From: Patescibacteria group bacterium
GTDB lineage: Bacteria > Patescibacteriota > WWE3 > UBA101185 > UBA10185
DNA length: 64,000 nt
Direction: 5' to 3'
Assembly (NCBI GenBank): GCA_026004595.1
Contig: BPJL01000007.1
Coordinates: forward strand, 12,460 to 76,459
Shown: positions 59,775 through 64,000 of the stretch, one piece after another
Numbering within the stretch: the stretch's first letter is position 1
Layout: every line of letters starts with the position of its first letter
The notes under the pieces: generated by a model
The model's database searches: none
The model's input: the letters and a program-made list of their open reading frames with translations, nothing else
What the model was told of the DNA's origin: nothing
Position numbers and translations under genes: made by a program

Positions 59775-60581
59775 CTATTTTTTTAAACTATTAACTATTT
59801 TGTTATAATATTCCATCATCCTGTTTGGAACTGGGAGTTTTGTTTTAACGTTTTTACCGGGTAGCTGTTTGTCTAACTCTGAGAAAAGGTACAGAGCGAG
59901 TGCTGTGGTGTAGTGTGGATCACTTGGGTCAATAAAGTTTAAACCGGGAAGGTCGTTTACTATCATCCACTCGTAAGCATGCATTGTTCCCATTCCCTTT
60001 CTTCCCTTGTTACAGTTAGCACAGGAGATTCTTAGGTTTGAAACCTCATCCTTCCCGCCAAGGCAGTAGGGTACTATGTGAGCAACGTCACAGGAATCAA
60101 TATTTACCCTTTGAAGGCATGCGAAGCAAGACCTTGATTTGTGATCAGAAAGACTTCTGTTTCTCCACTGAAGTCCCTCTGTTCTATTTCCCTCTTCGCA
60201 CCATACTTCCATCTTTAGCTTTGGAGTTATCGGTGTCCTTTGCGTTTTTGATTCCTTAACCATGGGTAAGTTTTTAGTTATCTTTGATGAACTTGAGTTG
60301 GGAATACCGTTGAGTTCAACACACCTCAAAAAGGGAACAAAGTACTTAAGAAACTCTATCAGATATTTTTCATCATCGTACGTCAGCTTTATTTTTTCGT
60401 TAATACTATAAACCCCTCTACAGGGTTTACAGTTCCATCTTAAGGTTTCCAGTTTAAAGTACTTGTTTTCAACTGGAACAGATGCTGATATAAGACCGTC
60501 CCTGAATTTAACTTTGTCTTTCCAGAGATCAGTGTTAATAACTTCTGTGTTTCCTTCGTATATTTTTTTGGCTATGTCCAT
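59775..60581 (-). CDS. HNH endonuclease-domain protein
   Basis: LK.EVW..CFAC..DVAHIVP..GG..SNLRISCANCN..MG. Confidence 0.8.
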   Translation of the reverse strand: MDIAKKIYEGNTEVINTDLWKDKVKFRDGLISASVPVENKYFKLETLRWNCKPCRGVYSINEKIKLTYDDEKYLIEFLKYFVPFLRCVELNGIPNSSSSKITKNLPMVKESKTQRTPITPKLKMEVWCEEGNRTEGLQWRNRSLSDHKSRSCFACLQRVNIDSCDVAHIVPYCLGGKDEVSNLRISCANCNKGRKGMGTMHAYEWMIVNDLPGLNFIDPSDPHYTTALALYLFSELDKQLPGKNVKTKLPVPNRMMEYYNKIVNSLKK

Positions 60582-60620
60582 TTTTTAGAAATAAAAAATG
60601 CTCAAAAATTATATTTTAAA

Positions 60621-61283
60621 ATGGGAACGTTTGAAAAAACAGTAGATAAAGTCTTAAGTAGCTTAAGCTTAGATAAAGACAAACTAAATACCACGAAGAT
60701 CAAAGCTATAATGATTGTTTATGAAGATGAACATTTTAAGGATATAATTAGTTTTATAGAAAAAAATGACATAACAGATGAGTTTGTTGAAATAGCCTTT
60801 CTAGCGAAAAGGGTAAATGCTCTGAAAATATTAAAAGAGAAAATTAATACCATAAACAGTAACCCTAAATTCTATCTCAAGTATTTTCTCTTTGCTTCAA
60901 TAGTACCAGACGTGCTTAAAGCAACATCTATTAACAACGAAGACGATCTGCACAAGTTTATGAAAAACTCTATCTTTGGTGACGAAGCTCTTATATCTCC
61001 ACCGCTTAAGGTTGAGATATTGGATTATAAAAAGGAAACAAACATAAGGAGCACACTTGAAGCAATAGAATCAGAAAGCCCAAAAAGAAAAGTAGACCCA
61101 GATAGACTGTATAAAATGATGAAAGAAACCATCATGCTTGATGATGATTTCGAAAAAGAATCACATAACATATATGCTTTAATCTATAAAGCCGTAAAGA
61201 TACTTAGTGATAAAGGTGGTTCGGTAAGATTTGGTTTTAGTTTCTTAGACACCAAAAGGCTTGTCAGGATAACTATTATCTAA
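60621..61283 (+). CDS. hypothetical protein
   Basis: 220-aa ORF with TTAAAATG start. Confidence 0.7.
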   Translation: MGTFEKTVDKVLSSLSLDKDKLNTTKIKAIMIVYEDEHFKDIISFIEKNDITDEFVEIAFLAKRVNALKILKEKINTINSNPKFYLKYFLFASIVPDVLKATSINNEDDLHKFMKNSIFGDEALISPPLKVEILDYKKETNIRSTLEAIESESPKRKVDPDRLYKMMKETIMLDDDFEKESHNIYALIYKAVKILSDKGGSVRFGFSFLDTKRLVRITII

Positions 61284-62916
61284 TGCACCTTTTCAAGCTT
61301 CTCCCATCGTCTTTATAGCTCACAATCAAACCTTCACACCTAACACAAAGCTCGTTTGTATTGCACCCGCCGCAAAGGTGCTGAGGGAAGCCCTTGGAAG
61401 TCGTGTAAAATCCGTGATCAGGTTTCGACAAAGAATCAAGGCTGATACAGTGGTAATCAGTTCTGTCTTCGCAGGGCTTATCTGTTTCAGTCTCAACAAT
61501 CGGTTGATAAACACAGTTTTCAGAGACTGTTCTGCTTATCAGCTCAACTAACGGTATAAGTGATCTGCTTGTTGTTGTGTCGCCTTTTGTAACCTCAAGA
61601 TCATAGCTAAGCAATAGCAAAAGAACGTCTCCCTTGATTGACATTGTACCAGTCAGGTTAACAAAGTGTACAAAACCGCTTAAAAGTGTCACATTAACAC
61701 TAAGTTCACAAGCAAACTGAACCATTTCAAAGATTAACCCTTCAACAACAATCGAATTTGTCTTAACGTTATGAGAAACGCCGTTTAAAACAGTTGTAAC
61801 AGTAGCCGGACCGGTTGAAATCCTTTCTATCATTTTACCCACATAGTTAACTTCTCCCGAGATTGTACCAGAAGCGTTGTAAATCAGGTCCGAACCGTCT
61901 CTAACAATAACACTAAGGGTTTTAACTGGTAGTTTCGATGCTTTTGGTGCAACGTCGGTGATAATAATGGTAAACATTGAATCGACACCTGAGGAAACTT
62001 CGCCGCTGAAGCTTGTTACATCAGTGTAAGTAGCTGAAACTTTTGTTATTTTTCCATTGGTTTTGTCGTATTCAAAAGTCAGTTCGAGATTGTTATAAGT
62101 CAAAAACGCTTTTACATATGGAGGAGACGCTCTGGGATCATGATCAAGTTTAGTGATGACAGTCAAGCTTTTACTGTCGATGGTACCCATGAAATCTAAT
62201 AGATCAACCTTTGTGACTAATATTGTGCCGTCTGTTAGTTTAGTATATGTAATGTTTGCGTAAAGTTTCTCAAAGGTTAGCGGTTTGTTGGTACTACTAC
62301 CACTATCAGTCAACGTCAGTTCAACTTTATTGTTAAGTTTAACACTGAGCAGCTTGAAGGTAGTCTGTTGTCCTGTGGAAGTCAGCTTAATTGGTTGATT
62401 GATTTCGCTGATGCCACTAACCCAGCTGTTTGTCGAAGTGTCACAGTGAACAGTTTGAACTTCTGAGTGACTCCTCAGAGTTGGCCTAAGAGCACAGCTA
62501 CAGTCAGAAAGACGATAATCACCACACGGCATAGACTTTCTACAAACACATTGGCATGTAGTGTTATCGACATACCCATTGACACACACGGGACGACTAC
62601 ACTCCCAACCCTCACCATTGCACCTGGCAGGGCAACCGTAACAGTAGGGAACACCAGTGCAAACCTGGTGATAAACACACCGACAACCATCAGTGGTCTT
62701 TAAGCAGACTACATTTCTAAGGTTACTCTCAGTGAATGTTGGATCATAGCGTCTTATGCTATCAAGATTTAGGCTCCTTAGCTGAAGCGATTGTTTAGCT
62801 TGACAGCTACACGCCTTTTCTCCCTCTTCTCTCGATGAAAATCCAACATAATCAACTTGACATTGTGAAAGATAAAGAATATATGTTAGTATGATTAGTT
62901 TAGTCTTAAGTTCCAT
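61276..62916 (-). CDS. secreted or surface Cys-rich protein
   Basis: Signal-peptide-like N-terminus; dense CxC-rich region (aa ~35-160), Thr/Ser/Val-rich beta region, Cys-rich C-terminus. Confidence 0.75.
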   Translation of the reverse strand: MELKTKLIILTYILYLSQCQVDYVGFSSREEGEKACSCQAKQSLQLRSLNLDSIRRYDPTFTESNLRNVVCLKTTDGCRCVYHQVCTGVPYCYGCPARCNGEGWECSRPVCVNGYVDNTTCQCVCRKSMPCGDYRLSDCSCALRPTLRSHSEVQTVHCDTSTNSWVSGISEINQPIKLTSTGQQTTFKLLSVKLNNKVELTLTDSGSSTNKPLTFEKLYANITYTKLTDGTILVTKVDLLDFMGTIDSKSLTVITKLDHDPRASPPYVKAFLTYNNLELTFEYDKTNGKITKVSATYTDVTSFSGEVSSGVDSMFTIIITDVAPKASKLPVKTLSVIVRDGSDLIYNASGTISGEVNYVGKMIERISTGPATVTTVLNGVSHNVKTNSIVVEGLIFEMVQFACELSVNVTLLSGFVHFVNLTGTMSIKGDVLLLLLSYDLEVTKGDTTTSRSLIPLVELISRTVSENCVYQPIVETETDKPCEDRTDYHCISLDSLSKPDHGFYTTSKGFPQHLCGGCNTNELCVRCEGLIVSYKDDGRSLKRCIR

Positions 62917-62971
62917 TTTTATTTATGTTATATATTTTTTTGGAGAAAAATAAAATTTTAATATCGAAACA

Positions 62972-64000
62972 TTAGAACTGAACTGTTATCAGTGTGTTTT
63001 TGTCTTTTACCGAGACTCTGGCTGATTTAACATTGTCTTTTATCATGCTTAAACTAATAGGTCTACCTAGTCTTTTAGCAACAAGATTCTCTAAAACATT
63101 GATTTCTAATTCTCTGTTAGACAAAGAGTCAAAGATCATTTGACAAGAATAAACGGTTTCGAACTGTTTCTCGTCAAATGTTAATTTTGACTTGAGTTTG
63201 TTTATGCTAGCAATGAATTCCATTTCAAGAGGCCTCACCAGCGATCGTATTTTCTTTAAAAAAATACTTTTTTGTTTGGAATTAGTGTTCTGAACGAAAA
63301 GTAGATAGCTGTAAATGAGTCTTTCTATCTTATTAGACGAAGGAGGTATGTTAATTTTTTCGTTTTGTAAAAAGTCTTCAACCACGTTGATAAAATCAGA
63401 GTCAATATTTTCTGTGGTATATTTTATGTATTCTTCTTCAACTGTTTTCTGAATATTGTTTAGTACTGTAGGATCAATATTATCATCTAAACTCATTAAA
63501 TAATTTCTAAAGTTTTCATCAGTAACGTAATCACTTAGAAGCTTTTCCATATTAAATATTATATCTTCATTCGAGAAAGCATTGTTATATTCATCTAGCA
63601 GTTCGTTATTATTGTTAATTAGTTTTCCTATAACGGTTTCAGACCTATCCTTGTAAATTATTTTATCTGGAGAAATATCACCTGTGATTAACTTAACTAT
63701 AACATCATGATTTACAACTTCATCATTATAATGAAAATTTTCTATACCCTTTTTAATCATGTAAGAGACCAGTATTTCGGCTTTTCCTTCATCAAGCAAA
63801 CCTTCATCCTTGTAATAGCCAAGGTAAGTTTCGGGAAACAGAGCATTCTTAATGCTAAGCACGTCTAAGTATTTTTGTTTTTTATCTGTATAGTACTTGT
63901 TACCTATCTTTGTTAGAAGCCTATGAAGAGAATATCCAAGTTTTGTTTTGTCTAGTGCGAAATATCCCTCTCCCGATATAAATATTATGTCGCTTTTTTC
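62972..64000 (-). CDS. hypothetical protein, 5'-truncated by the window edge
   Basis: The frame of ORF 62972..63862 stays open to base 64000 (EKSDIIFISGEGYFAL...), so the true start lies outside the window. Confidence 0.75.
   Translation of the reverse strand, partial: EKSDIIFISGEGYFALDKTKLGYSLHRLLTKIGNKYYTDKKQKYLDVLSIKNALFPETYLGYYKDEGLLDEGKAEILVSYMIKKGIENFHYNDEVVNHDVIVKLITGDISPDKIIYKDRSETVIGKLINNNNELLDEYNNAFSNEDIIFNMEKLLSDYVTDENFRNYLMSLDDNIDPTVLNNIQKTVEEEYIKYTTENIDSDFINVVEDFLQNEKINIPPSSNKIERLIYSYLLFVQNTNSKQKSIFLKKIRSLVRPLEMEFIASINKLKSKLTFDEKQFETVYSCQMIFDSLSNRELEINVLENLVAKRLGRPISLSMIKDNVKSARVSVKDKNTLITVQF

Noticed and set aside
1-64000. tRNA/rRNA genes, major capsid protein, bacterial or phage origin
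   Set aside because: No cloverleaf or rRNA-like sequence and no capsid gene recognised by eye. No Shine-Dalgarno pattern was noticed, and the eukaryote-type RNAP subunits indicate an NCLDV.

Overview
This is a gene-dense, AT-rich segment of a giant eukaryotic DNA virus (Nucleocytoviricota). The gene set and repeat organisation fit a Pithovirus-like (Pimascovirales) lineage best, but that placement is inference. Core viral genes include a D5 primase-helicase, type II topoisomerase, RNA polymerase subunits RPB5 and RPB10, a split RPB1, TFIIS, a TBP-like factor, an Erv/Alr thiol oxidase, an L1R/F9-like membrane protein, a PrimPol-like primase, an XRN exonuclease and an SF2 helicase. Host-interaction genes include a metacaspase, an animal-type transglutaminase, a tandem PBZ zinc-finger protein, TspO, an ABC half-transporter and DUF285 repeat proteins. 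Four observations stand out. (1) RPB1 is split archaeal-style, and its catalytic N-terminal half is present as two divergent, intact paralogs that share a 92-nt identical tract at the active site; only one C-terminal half is in the window. (2) Three non-coding arrays of a ~289-bp unit are spaced ~21-24 kb apart. Each unit carries a ~16-bp-stem hairpin whose loop occurs in flipped orientation in individual units. (3) A tandem DUF285 locus has 26 and 38 exact 72-nt modules in shuffled order, plus a pseudogene. (4) Some divergent gene pairs have only 5-7 bp between start codons, built on TAAATG/TAAAATG. All family calls come from motif recognition by eye; no database searches were run.
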